DNA of 64,000 nucleotides from Callorhinchus milii (Eukaryota), in NCBI RefSeq assembly GCF_018977255.1, contig NW_024704743.1, forward strand, positions 16,680,001 through 16,744,000, written 5' to 3'. The stretch's first letter is position 1; every line of letters starts with the position of its first letter. The notes under the pieces are model-generated. The model saw only the letters and a list, made by a program, of their open reading frames with translations. It searched no databases and was not told the origin of the DNA. The translations under genes were made by a program, and so were the position numbers. Shown here in pieces: positions 1 to 12,600 of this stretch.

Positions 1-85
1 TAGTTGCTAGTTTGATACAACAACTTGCATTTATATAGTGCCCCTTATGCAGGGTAGAGTCCCAGAGAGCTTTCATTGGAGGGAT

Positions 86-330
86 GGGGAGCAAGAAGTT
101 AATTTGCGAGATTGGCAAATAGATTTGTAAATGGTGAATCAGTTGTGTCTCAGCCGACCCTCTGGAACTCTGCTCGCACACCAGGCCTCTGTTTCATTGT
201 CTGTGAAGCCGGTGTCTGAGGGAGTTCAAAAGGTTGGCCCGAGTGATCCGGAGATAAATTAATTACAAATCTTTTAGCAAATCTTAGTGGGCACTTATAC
301 TGAGTCGACAGCAAGAGTAACTTCTCCCGC
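86..330. mobile_element. Degenerate palindromic (MITE-like) element
   Basis: Nested inverted matches (agaagtta/taacttct, agatttgtaa/ttacaaatct, gccgaccctctggaactc/gagttcaaaaggttggc); partial inverted copy at 44067-44109. Confidence 0.55.
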
Positions 331-423
331 TTAATTCATACCTGTATAAGCTAGTCCCTATACAATTGGTTCTTTTCCGGTTTTAAACTTGGACATCAAA
401 ACTTCATGGAGGGAGCCTTTGAT

Positions 424-650
424 AATAATACTTGCATTTGATATAGCACCTTATCACATCTTAGAAACGTCTCAAAGCGCTTCACAGAATATACTGTAAA
501 ATTGACTGTATATTTTGTGGGTGAAAAGCAGCAGCCAATTGGGCACAGCAGTGTCCCACAAACAGTTGTGGATTGAGTGACCACATTTTTTTTAGGGGAT
601 TATTACCTCTGGAAAGTGATCTGTCAATCGCTTAACAACCGTTAGTTAAC
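424..650 (-). mobile_element. Young SINE, 3' part
   Basis: Shared tail ttgcatttgatatagcaccttatcacatc...tgtcccacaaacag, present in many copies across the window. Confidence 0.75.
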
Positions 651-1019
651 TTTTATACCTTTCTTACCAGCACTGAATGTCAGGGAGGAGGAGCTGGGTT
701 AAAACTCTACTTGAGTGCTTAACAACTGAGATTTTGAATATACAGTCAAAATCAGGCAGCCTTTGATGTGGGGAATTCCTCAGCACAATGATTATGATAA
801 GGCAAAGGGTGCAGGAATAATCCCACAATCTGGCTACAAAGGTTGCGCCTGAGGACTTCTCCATGCTGAAAGATCATGAGAATCGGCACTTGAATGCGGC
901 TTAAGCAATAATAATACAGTAATATAATCTACCATTTGGTACAGCGCCTTATAACAATGTTGAGATGTGTCAAAGTGCTTCAAAAGAGTTTCCAGTAAAG
1001 TGAAATGACTATTTGCAGG

Positions 1020-1303
1020 AGAATGTCATGGTCAATTTGCACACAGCATTGTCCCACAAATAACTGTGAACTGATTCACCAAATTTTGTACAGGGGAGGG
1101 TTGTTGGCCAGGATAATGGGAGAAACTCCCTTCTCTCTTGCATAATGCCATGTGATCTTTCACGTCCACTTGATGAGCCAGATGGGGCTTCAGTTCCACA
1201 TTTCATCTCCGACAATGCAACACTCTCCCAGCACTGAGAGCCTGTCAGCCTAGAGACTATGAGCTCAAAATCCTGACATTCTGACTCAGAGGTGAGAGTG
1301 CCA
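1020..1303 (-). mobile_element. Older Deu-domain SINE (SacSINE1/AmnSINE1-like)
   Basis: Reverse complement of the gtggacgtgaaagatcacatggca...gggagtttctccc core with a tRNA-like head. Confidence 0.65.
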
Positions 1304-1890
1304 CCAACAACAAGATTGCATTTATAGAGTGCCTTTCACGTCGGGAGGACATCCCAAGGCACTGGACAGTTGGGTCAGGACCCGAGCAGGGGGGAAATGG
1401 TCAGGGGGAGGGAAGGGAGGGAGTGAGGAGGGGGTAGAGAGGAGGTGAAGTCACGGTTGAAGAGAAAGGTCTTGAGATTGGCCTTGAAGGAGGAAAGGGA
1501 GGAAGCGGCGAAGGCACTGGGGGATAGAGTTCCAGAGCCTCGGGGCTGAGAGGCTGAAGGCCCGGCCACCGATGGTAGGGCGGTTGGGGCGGGGGATGTG
1601 GAGCAGACCGGAGCCAGAGGAACGGAGGGTACGGGCAGGTAGGTAGGGGGATAGTAGGTCGGAGAGGTAGGAGGGAGCAAGGCCGTGAATGGCCTTGTAG
1701 GTGAGGATGAGGATCTTGAATTTGATCCTCTGGGGGATGGGGAGCCAGTGGAGGTGAGCGAGGGTGGGAGTGATGTGGTCACGAAGCCTGGTGCGGGACA
1801 GGACACGAGCTGCCGAGCCAATCAGGAGAACCTCAGTTTTGCGCACGTTGAGCTGAAGAAAGTTGAACCAACTGAACCAGGCTGACGCAA
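1304..1890 (-). mobile_element. L2-type LINE 3' fragment (RT C-terminus)
   Basis: ORF 1451-1960 contains LQLNVRKTEVL and HITPTLAHLHWLPIPQRIKFKILILTYKAIHGLAPSYLSDLL; short (TTG)n tail. Confidence 0.85.
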
Positions 1891-2609
1891 AGTCCGATTG
1901 TGTGAGGCAATGCTCAAATCCTGCCGCCCAGTTTATTACTTTCCTAGAATTAATTTCCATCTATTGTCCAGAAACAAAGATGGTGATACAATACGTTTAA
2001 AACCCCCAAAAAGGCTGATACAACATGCTGTGGTCATGTGTGTGTCTGAGGGGATGGTGTGGTGTTCACTGACCAGTGATAGTTAAGGAACAGCTTTACA
2101 TTTGCAGCTTTTGATTACATTGAACACATGAACCACCCAAACCCCAGATATCTCCCCTTGAAACATAGAAGGAGGCCATTCGACTGATGAGCCAATGCTG
2201 GTGCTGGCTCATCCACTGGAAATAACTATCGTAATCCCAATTCCTTGCAATTTCCTCACACCCTTCTACATTCCTCCTCTTGAAATGTTTATTCAGAGAC
2301 TTGATTTGTATTGACACACTGCATGAGGAGCGAGCTAGGTTTGCAATGTGCCAGTGCACATTAAATCAAAGGCCTGCACAGCTTTTTGTGTACTTGCTGA
2401 AGCATAGCTTTCATTCCTTGACACCTGCCTCTTAATTCACCATTAAACGTTTATTAGATTAACTGTCATCATGATTTCCTTATAACCTTCCTGCGGTTTT
2501 GATACATTCTGGTAAACGTCAATAGTTGCCTCGCTCAGATACGCCAACTGTGCTGAATGTCATTCAAGTGTAACCCTGAGCTTTCCTCAGTGCTTTGTCT
2601 CCTGACTGC

Positions 2610-2955
2610 TAATAGCTGAAGAGACTGAAGGCCTGGCCGTCGATTGTGGACCAGGCTGGGAGGGTGACGTGGAGCAGGCTGGAGTCTGCTGAGCGGAGGG
2701 AGCGGAGAGGTTGATAAGGGGTGAGCAGGTCAAAGAGGTAGGAAGGAGCAAGTCCATGGAGAGTCTTGAAGGCGAGGACAGGGGTTTTGAACTCTATCCT
2801 CTGGGGGATAGGGGGCCAGTGGAGCCAGGCAAGGGGGGGGGGTGATGGGGTCACGGAGCCTGGTGAGGGAGAGGAAACGGGCTGCAGAGTTTTGAATGAT
2901 CTACAGCTTGTGGAGGGAAGAGTTGGGAAAGCCGACAAGCAGGGAGTTAGCATAG
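2610..2955 (-). mobile_element. L2-type LINE fragment
   Basis: LHWPPIPQRIEFK...LHGLAPSYL translation. Confidence 0.8.
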
Positions 2956-3544
2956 TAACTCACAATCATACAGGTCCACAACCTTGCCCCACCCTATCTC
3001 TGTGGCATCAGAAACCCGACCTCCCTGGCCGCTCCCTTTATTCAGAGAACACTGGCCTGCTTTATGTCTCGTGCCCCATCTGCCCCACCATCAGTGGGCG
3101 AGCTTCCAGTGCTGATTGAACATTGCATTGTTGGAGGCACGATCCTTCAGATGCGATGTTAAATGTTAAAGGGTTTCTTGTTCACGTGAATGGCGACAAA
3201 CATGGCAGTATTCAAAAAGAGAAGGGAGTTTCTCACAGTGTCCTGGCCAACAATCCCCTAATTAACATCAACAACAACTTGCATTCATATAGTGCTCTGA
3301 CATAGAATAATGTCTCGTACTGTTTGCAGTGGACACCGAACAGTCCGTTTTCAGACTGAAGTCTTCCAATGTTGTTTTTGTTTCGTCATTCGAGTGCCTG
3401 ACACATGTGGAAAGCCATCACTATGGAGAAGAACAAGCAGAGTTCCATGCATGCCACCTACACATGGGAATTCCAGTGTGTGGAGTGGAATGCGCACTCT
3501 CTCTGGAGGATTGCACTCTGCTTACCTAATGTAGGGGAGTATTA

Positions 3545-4120
3545 CAACAACAACAACAAAATTACGTTTGGAAAGTGCCTTTCAAGTTGGGAGGACGTCC
3601 CAAGGCGCTGGATAATCAGTGTTTCGGACCCGAGCTGGGGATCGGGGAGGGTGGAGAGCGGGCGGGGGGAGGAGAATGATGAGGGGGGTCTTGATACAGG
3701 TATTGAAGGCAGCAAGGGAGGGGGCGAGGTGGAGGGATTGCGGGATGGAGTTCCAGTGGGTGGAAGCAGAGTGGCAGAAGGTCCGCCCGCCAATGGTGGG
3801 GCGGGCGAGGTGGGGGATCTGAAGCAGGCCGGAGTCCACTGAGCGGAGGGAGTGGGCAGTTTGGTAGGGGGTTAGGAGATCGCAGAGTTAAGGAGGAGCA
3901 AGGCCATAGAGGGCTTTGAAGGTGACGACCAGGATCTTGAACTATATCTGAGTGATGGGAAGCCAGTGGAGTTCGGCGAAGATGAGGGTGATAGGGTCAT
4001 GGAACCTGGTGCAGGAGAGGACATGGGCTGCAGAGTTCTGGATGATCTGCAGCCTATGGAGGGAGGAGTTAAGGAAGCTGACATACAGGGAGTTTGCTTG
4101 GCACAGGTTGGCAAGAGCCA
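3545..4120 (-). mobile_element. L2-type LINE 3' fragment
   Basis: Same family as 1304-1890; (CAA)n on the + strand at 3545-3560. Confidence 0.8.
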
Positions 4121-4629
4121 AGGCTTGGGAACGTCTTGGGTACTATAACCACACCACTTGCCATTAAGGGTATTGTCTGGCAAGCCTCTCGTTACTTGTT
4201 CTACCAATTAGGGCTTTGGCTTGTAGGTTTATATTATATACAAAGTTTTCCAATGTTATATTGTATACAGACTGTAATATTCCAGTGTTATGTACTGATT
4301 GTCATGTTCATCATTCCCAGGTGTTACTCTGAGTGGACGGCACCATATACAGTAAATGTCAGTCGTTATTATTGTTCTATTCTAATGTAATATAATGTAC
4401 AGACTTCTGATCACTTGAAGATATGTTGTGGAATGTGACTCTTAAGGACGAAGAAAGTAAATTCTAAGTTTCTTATTGATATGATTTTAAAATGATTTTA
4501 AAGATGAAGGTACTGTTTTGTATTCCATTTGGTTGATTATGATTCCCTTCTGTAAGGCAGTGTCTGCTTGTAAACAAAGTATTTTGCCTGGAATGCTAAA
4601 GGCCACTAATAGGCAGGACAGCTCTGAGT

Positions 4630-4995
4630 TTTCAAATCCCTTCATGCCCTCACACCTCCCTACTTATCCGATTTGCTTCCCCCCTACTCCACCACCTTCT
4701 GCCTCCGCTTGGATGGCTCCGACCTCCTGTTCATCCTTCGTCCCCTCCTCTCCACCATTGGTGGCCGTGCTTTCAGCCACTACACCCAGAAGCTCTGGAA
4801 CTCCCTGGCTCAATCCCTCCTCCTTGCCCCTTCCCACTTGCAAATCCCACCTAAAGACTTTCCTTTTTGATCGTGCTTATAGTCACCACCCCCTTTCTCT
4901 CCCCCTGGCTCACGGTGAGACTCCACCACTGTCAAGCACTCCGGGACACTACCCCGTGTGAACAGCGCTATACAAATGCAAGTTGTTGGTGGTGT
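4630..4995 (+). mobile_element. L2-type LINE 3' fragment (second subfamily)
   Basis: STIGGRAFSHYTQKLWNSL translation; tail gcgctatacaaatgcaagttgttg. Confidence 0.75.
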
Positions 4996-5315
4996 TGAGT
5001 CAGCCTCTTGTGTGTATACAGCATTTCAGACTAAACCACAATGTGACATTTTCAGCAAAAATCAGAAAGCAATTACTAAAAGGAGACAGAATAAAAAGAA
5101 ATGAAAAGGTATTTCCCAGTGGGTCTGATACATATGGAGTGTTAAAAAGAAAAATGTGTTACTAAGTACCTTATGATATTTTTCTGACATAAAACAAGTT
5201 TGGGTTTTAAAAAAAATCTGCTTTTTGCTATGCAATTGGTCGTGAGCTTGTGATGAATTCATTAGTTAAAGAAACAACATAACAAGCAGAGTGCTGTAAG
5301 AATGAAACAGTTGAA

Positions 5316-5321
5316 TTTATT
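5316..5321 (-). promoter_or_regulatory. Polyadenylation signal AATAAA (3' UTR about 0.73 kb)
   Basis: tttatt on the + strand; on the minus strand it is followed by a GU/U-rich tract (TGCTTGTTATGTTGTTTCTTT) about 25-50 nt downstream. Confidence 0.7.
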
Positions 5322-6031
5322 GGTGTGCGAAATCTCAGTTTATAATGCACAAGTCTCACTGCTGGTTGCAGTCTGAATAAGGCAAAACATTAAAATGGTT
5401 ATTTCTCAAACTACAACCATAACACAGGCATGAGATTCCACACTGCTGGGAAAGTCTCAGTTAAGGCACAATCTATAGAAGCAAGAAAAAATTATTGATA
5501 GCTGCCCATTACCATGAAAACAAACCAGTCCCTAAATTATAGCATGCTAGTGTTGCCAACCAGTGTTCCTGTAGAGCCAGCCTGTCCTCAGTTAGTGAGC
5601 CCCAGCACAAGACAGATTCTTTATATACTGCAAAGGCTCTTTTAATCATTTGTGCTTATAAGGCTGAGGACTCTCATTTTTTCCACACACGGAACATCAG
5701 ACCTTTTAAAAGGTTTGAAAGTTCCTCTTTCAGACGATTACAGCGGTTCCTTCACTGCACCTGTGAGGAACAGTGCAGTAACCAGAGTAATCACCGGAAT
5801 GACTGCTGTGGCTCATGGCTGCTACTGTAATTCACTGTGCTGCTACAAACCTTGTAAGAGATATCTAAGAACAGAAATTGGCCATTCAGCCTATTTTATC
5901 TGATCTGTCAATTTAATAGATCATGGCAGGTCTTTAAATCCCAACATCCCACCTTTTCTCTGTTTCCCTTAGTGTCTTTAGTTCCCAAGTATCTGTGCAC
6001 CCCTTTTTTAATTGTTCCAATTGATCTGAGC

Positions 6032-6639
6032 TCAATATAACCACTGCACAATACTTTTGACAAATCTGTCACCGAAAAGGTCGCTATACTTGGTCAACAT
6101 AAATAGCGAGGTGGGTTCCTTATACACAGCTTGAAGTAGTCTCTCGTGGTCAACATCCGAACCCAACGCGATCCCACAGGTTACAATGTTATTTTTTCTC
6201 ATGGCTTCTATAGCCTCGGGAAAGTTTTTATCACTGGTCACCCCGTCAGTCAGAAAGACAAAGGAGACTTCTGCATTCATGCGAGCGCCTCGAAACCTAC
6301 CTTGACGGTTATTTACTAAACTTTCAACAGCATAAAGAATAGCACTTCCCAAATGTGAGGTGGACTCTAGATAGGAAGCCTGGAGCAGAGCATCTTCAAT
6401 CTGTCTAATATTGTAGGAGAAATCCACAAGCAGGGTCTGCTGTGTCTCTCCCCCGTACTGAAGGATTGCTATTCTAGCTCCATAACTGTCATTATCTTTT
6501 TTGGCTAGCTTAAGCTCATGAGACACTCGGTTAATAAAGTGTAGAGAGTTCATAAAGTTTTCTCCTCCGGGCCGTTCAGAGCCATCAACAAAAAACACAA
6601 TGTCTGTCGGGCGGTCGCTGAATGGTGCAATGGTCACAG
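6032..6639 (-). CDS. COL6A2: Terminal coding exon, VWA C2 ([14 protein letters not shown]...[10 protein letters not shown]...QWLY*)
   Basis: TTGCAG acceptor, phase 1; DGSER and [13 protein letters not shown] motifs of alpha2(VI) C2; stop TGA at 6034-6032. Confidence 0.96.
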
Positions 6640-9600
6640 CTGCAAAATACAAAGAACACATAGAATTACTCCACCCTCATGTGCTTCTTTCATTTACCAT
6701 ATGTGCAAAAACTATTGCCAGACCAGACTTATTGTTTCATGTTGGTTCAAATAGATTTACACAATTCCCAGCGCATTGTGTCTGAAAAGTGGAACAACTA
6801 GCATAACTCACAAGATTGCTTCAAACTAAAATGGCTCTATGGCCCGTTAGATCTCATCCTTCTAGAATATATCCACAAAATGTGAGTCAGCCTGGCTCAG
6901 TGGGAGCGCTCCAGAAGGTTGTGGGTTCATATCCCACGACGGGACTTGAAATCGCATAGTCTAAACTGATGCTCCAATGCACTGCCGGGGGGTTTACATT
7001 GTTGGAGATGCCGTTCTTTGGATGAGCTGTTAAACTGAGGTTCCATCTGCTTGTTCAGGTGGATGTGAAAGATCCCATGGCACTATTTGAAAAGAGAAGG
7101 GAGTTCCTCTCGGTGTTCTGGCCAGCAATCTCCCCAGATAAAATTGATCACTCGTTAAATATTGTGCCCTTATGTTTTTCATGTTCGTGCTAGAATGTGC
7201 ATTGGCCTAATGTGGTTTGCCTGAGGGGTGGGATGGTGTACTATAATTTCCAAAAGCTGTGGTGTGCAAATAAAGATCTGAGAGCCAAATGGCCAGCTGT
7301 GAGGATGTGGTGTTTTTAACTTAGGTTGTTTTTTGATGTTTGGCAATGTCACAACTTAAACTCCACTTCAGTGCTTCGGAAGCAATATTCTGAATGACTT
7401 TCACAATCGAGCCCAAGGGAATGGCAATGAGGAAAATCATATTTGTCGGCTGGAGGGAAGAGCGAGGATTTCATCGTCCATTGCCAGACATGGCTAAAAG
7501 ACACTAGTAAATAAATATTAAACACATAAAGTAATTTAAAGGCGATTTCTGGTGATACAGTGGAAGTTAAAGAAACGTCACTTCAAAAAGCAATGGGAGC
7601 AATCCAAATCTTAGAGCGAATCAGAATCAGGGTTAAACACCGAACAATTGCATGCTCTGTCCTTTCTGCCTTAGTCGTAATGAATACCAGGATCAAGTCT
7701 ATCTATGAACAGGAGATCCCAGGCTCACCCGCTAGAGGATAGCTAAATACTGACTGATATTCAGGTCATGTGATGCACTTGTTTCACACTCAGTCCAAAC
7801 TCCCCGCTTCAAGATGTTACCCCACGTGAGGGATGCTATGTAAATGCAAGTTGGTGTTGTGTCAGCAACATCGTATTATGGATCATTCCATGATAATGCT
7901 GACATAACAACAACAAGTTGTATTTATACGAAATGCAGAAATCCTGACTTGTAGAACAGTTCTACGAGTACCAGGGAGAAAAAGTAATCTTGAAGCATTT
8001 AACTTAACAAGATGTCTGGAACTCAGAAATGGAGTATGGGAAGCCCTTGTGCATTGGAGAGGGAAACAAAAATACTGCTTCTCTCACAACAGAAGAGCAT
8101 GATAAACTGCTGTCCTTTCTTAAGCACCAAATCTATATGATCATGTGTCCTACCACTCCCTCCTTCCACATTCACCTTCCCTCCTAGTATTAAGTGTCAG
8201 TCTATTTCTGTTGGTAGGACTCTCACCTCCGAGTCAGAAGGTTGTAAAATCAAGCGTCAGGGCTTTGAGCTCACAATCTAGGCTTTAACTAACACTTCAA
8301 AGCAACGTTGGGGGGGAGTGACATTATCAGAGATCCTGTTTCCCAGTTTAGGTGGGTGTTGAAGATCCCATGACACTATTTGAAAAGAGAAGGAAGTTTC
8401 TCCTGGTGTCTTGGCCAACAATCGCCCAGATAAAAAAAAAATTGTCATTGACTTCATGGCAGTTTGTGAGACATTGATGTGAGCAAATTAGCTATCAATC
8501 TTTGCATTTGATATGGTGTTTCATCACAATGTCTCAGAGTGCTTCACAGGATACACAGTAAAGTGGTGTAACTGTATTTTGTAAGAAACCACAGCAGCCA
8601 ATTTAGGCACAGCAATATCCCACAAACATCCATGGAGTAATTGAACAATTTTTGAAAAATTACTACATTATCCTACAAAAGATATGTCACTGCACTTCAC
8701 AGTATATCCCGTGAAGCACTTTGAGATGTTCTCTCGACGTGAAAGGTACTATACCAATTGTATGTTTCTTTTGCCTCTTTAAGGAGCTGAGATAAAGTTG
8801 TACAGCATGATATGGCACACAAATAAACCATTCGGCCCAACTTGTCCATGCTGGTGTTTATACTCCGGAAGAGTCCCCACCCCTCCTTATTGCCTCTCCT
8901 ACACTCCTTTATTTCCTTCTCTTAATTACTTTTCATTTTTTTTTAAAACACGTACACTTCATTGATTGTAGCATTTAAACTTGCAGCTGGAGAGGGTGGA
9001 AAGGATATAAAGCACCTGAAGGGAGAGAGAGCAGTGGCTAACAACCACTGGGATTAATACAGAGTGATGGATAATCTCCTGGGACTTTCACAATTACCTA
9101 CCTGAGGCACATTTCAGGTCTGGACACACAAGCTCTGGGTCTGAAAATATTTAAAACAAAAATAGGTTATACACTCATTGGGCTGGTAAAGGTATTTCTA
9201 CAGTGTTCAGTTTAAGTACTTTTATAATAATAATAATCCTTGCATTTGATACAGTGCCTTATCAAATCATTGAAACATCTCAATGCACTTTACAGAATAT
9301 ACTGCAAAGTGAATTGAGTGTACATTTCGTGGGCGAAATACGGCAGCCAATTGCACACAGCAGTGTTCCACAAACAGCCGTGGATTTAGTGACAAAATTA
9401 TTATTACCCTGTATTTTCTTTTAAGGATTATGACCTCGGAAAAGGGATCCGACAATTGACTAACAACCAGGTTCCTACTGCTAGGTAAACAGAGCCATGT
9501 GGAGTAAGGAAATTTGCCTAAGTTTACGCCCTGTCTGGGAATCGAATCAAACCCAGGGCATTTTGTTTGCGAGGAGAGCGTGCTAATGAGCAAGTTACCT

Positions 9601-12600
9601 GAGCAGAGGTTCTGTTCCATCTCTTCCAAAAATTCCTCCGCCATTAAATCAGCATAAATGCTCAGATTCCTCACTCTGTCTTGAACATTGCAAGCTATTT
9701 TCTCCAAAGGCTCCTTCTCCGCATTGCTTTCAAACATGTCCCCAATGCCAAAGGCATACACATCCGCCCCTCTGCACAATGCGTCAAGGCTGTTCTGGTC
9801 TTTGGGATCATAACGTCCGTCTGTGATCACTACAACAGTCACCTGTGCGGCTGGTCGTCGCCCAGGTGTGATGAGCCTTTCATACGTGTACTTTAGAGCT
9901 GAGGATGTCCAGGTGCCCCCAGCGATCCATTCCATCTCCCTCACTTTAGATTTAAAGGTGGACACTGAAGTGATGCTTGGATCATCCAGCTTGATGGCCT
10001 GGATGGCTCCTTCATGGCTGTACTGCACAACTCCAAGGCGCGAACCTGAAATAGAAAGGATCACTGCTATCAAACTCATCTCCCGGTCCCAAGCCCATCT
10101 AAGCCTCTCCTCTGAGAGGATCAAAAGCAGTCCAGTAAACTTTGGCCCCATCTCCCAACTGAATGATATAATGGCCACATCATGACCAGACCACATTGTA
10201 AGTGACCAGATTCATACCATGTTTACATGCAGAATGCTCATTTAAAGCTCATTGTAGTCACCAGCAAAAGTGCCATTGACTTAAATTTAGTTAATTAATG
10301 TGAATCCCAAGTTCATCATTGAGTTTAAAAAAATAGAAGTTTTCTGCACAAAAGAATGCGAGACTCTGGCTCCAAGGAGACCTCAGGTCACAGCACAGGT
10401 CATGCCAGTCAATGGTTTCACAGGGCTTTCCCTGCAGAGAACACAGTGTATGTCACGAGGGACTGTTCCTGTTCCGAGGTGTCAGGATCATTATCAAAGA
10501 TCTGAACCTTTTTCAACCCCAATGTGTAATATTAGAAATCCCACTGTTATAGCATTGTATCAGGTTACCTGATAACTCGCTGCTATTTTTTGCCATTTTC
10601 CCAAGCCTGCTGGCAATATTTATGACGAAATTCTTTGCCAGGCTAAAGTTAGTTTGACCAATGCTCTCTGAGCTGTCTATGACAAACACAAGGTCAATGG
10701 GTGGGCAAGTCTTCTGACAGTCTGAAACAGAAAGGAAATAGTAACTTAACTAATGAATTACAGATACATGACACAAAGGACTACACTAAAATATATATTG
10801 TACTACTGTACTAATGATTTTTGCGGGGATCAGCCAGGTGTCTGACACATTCCAAAACCCTTCAGCGTGCTTATGTATCCAAACCTGACTGACTGTATTT
10901 GCTGACTAGTTTTGTCATGTTGATTATTTGTATACAGTCAAGTATTATTTATATGTATGTAAATCCAAATGGCAATACAATTCTTACAGGTCAAAAACTT
11001 TGTTAAAAACTTACCACAGCAGCCACATGTTTCTCTTGTGTAGCTCAATATATCACATTCCTGTTGTAAGCAATTGGAAGAGACAATGTTAAACAGTGAA
11101 GTTCACATTTGGCTGCACTCAATTTGAGGTCATTTCTTACTGATTTTTCCATTAAATGTGATAATAGAGAACAAACAATGACCAACAGTCTGTTACAAAG
11201 CTACAGGGCATTTAAGAAATGATAATGCCATTAAACTATGAGAGTTCGACTCAAGAGTTCTGTCAGGTCAGTCCAACATGATTTTGTCCCTGCCTCGAGT
11301 AAAGAATCGGCTGTCTTGCTTCAATCTTACTATTAGAGCTTAAAACCACCTTTAGCTTATTAATGGGAACCATATTTGTGCTACCCTTCACCAGGACACA
11401 CCGGGACAGACTCTTTACCACCACTGAGATACACTCCTTATTACTGTTGGCTCATAATCTTACTCTGGGTTATCAGGAGTCGACAAAAGCGTGTGGAAAG
11501 TTGGGGATGCGAGATACATCAACTACTCCTGGAACACATTGTATATATATTTCTGAGATCATGACCCAGAATTTAATTCTTATTAATTCTTGGGATGCTT
11601 AGAAGTAAACTTTGGGTCAATGTCTCAGAATATATACTGTATGCACAACAGCCATGAAATGAACACATTATTTAGCAGGCTACATTTGTTGCTTGTTGAA
11701 GGCCCATCGTTTGAAATTAACCCTCACTTCACTGGTTCAACTGTACAAGGCATAAGCAGTGCAAAGGACAATCCTTGGCCACTGGCATCATGAACAGGGA
11801 GTACCACTCACTGTTATTCCAGGAGAACCACGACTTCCAGTCGGACCCTGTAAACAACAGTTAGATTTATTTGATGACAATTGTCAGAAACATTCTTCTG
11901 CAAATGCAAATAACTGGGCTAGGAGCAATGGCAACTGTAACTTTGTGAAAAAAAAGAACGAAACTCATCAAACTACCACATTCAATTAACTTTCTATCAG
12001 ACAGCAGTACCACCCTCCATCACAGTATCAATGGAATGAAGCTGAGAAGAAACTACTTTACAAACAATGTTAAATTGCTGTTCACTTGTGCAATTGTTGA
12101 TGGGTTTTGTAAAGGGAAGACAGTGATCAGTCTGGATGAAATAGAGTTGAAAGCAGAGTTTCAAACACTGGACTGTGAGAAATGCCCAAATTGAACTGAT
12201 GGTGCGCAGGGGTCATCAGATAGTAGTACATGCGTCCATGCATTCCAGAATTTTGAGATTTCATAAATGCAGTCTTTAGAAATCCAGATTTGGAAACCAA
12301 TTTTCCAAAGGACCCACTTTCCCCTTCAAAGTGCAATCACAGTATGTGAAAGGCATTATATCAAACGTAAGGATTTATTGCGTCTTTATTTTCAAATTAG
12401 GACTAAAATCGAAGAAATTTCCCAAATCCTTCACAATGTTAAATTTTAAAACAAAATGGTTTTGAGATTAAGACCATGATGAATTTCAGTCCTCTATTGC
12501 ATTGGATATAATACTAATCACCGTGTCAGTGTGGACATTCTAATATTTAAATTCATAGAACAGAGAACAACTAAATGTTCCAATAACTTTTAAAAACAAA

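Noticed and set aside
1375..1960. ORFs of 148-201 aa here and at 3405, 40100 and 46257 as host genes
   Set aside because: They are frameshifted L2 reverse-transcriptase remnants or their alternative frames.
10046..10196. ORF-track N-terminal extensions of the C1 exon (and of ORFs 6032-6661 and 31547-31783)
   Set aside because: They lie beyond clear splice acceptors or before the true ATG and show no homology; intronic or UTR read-through.
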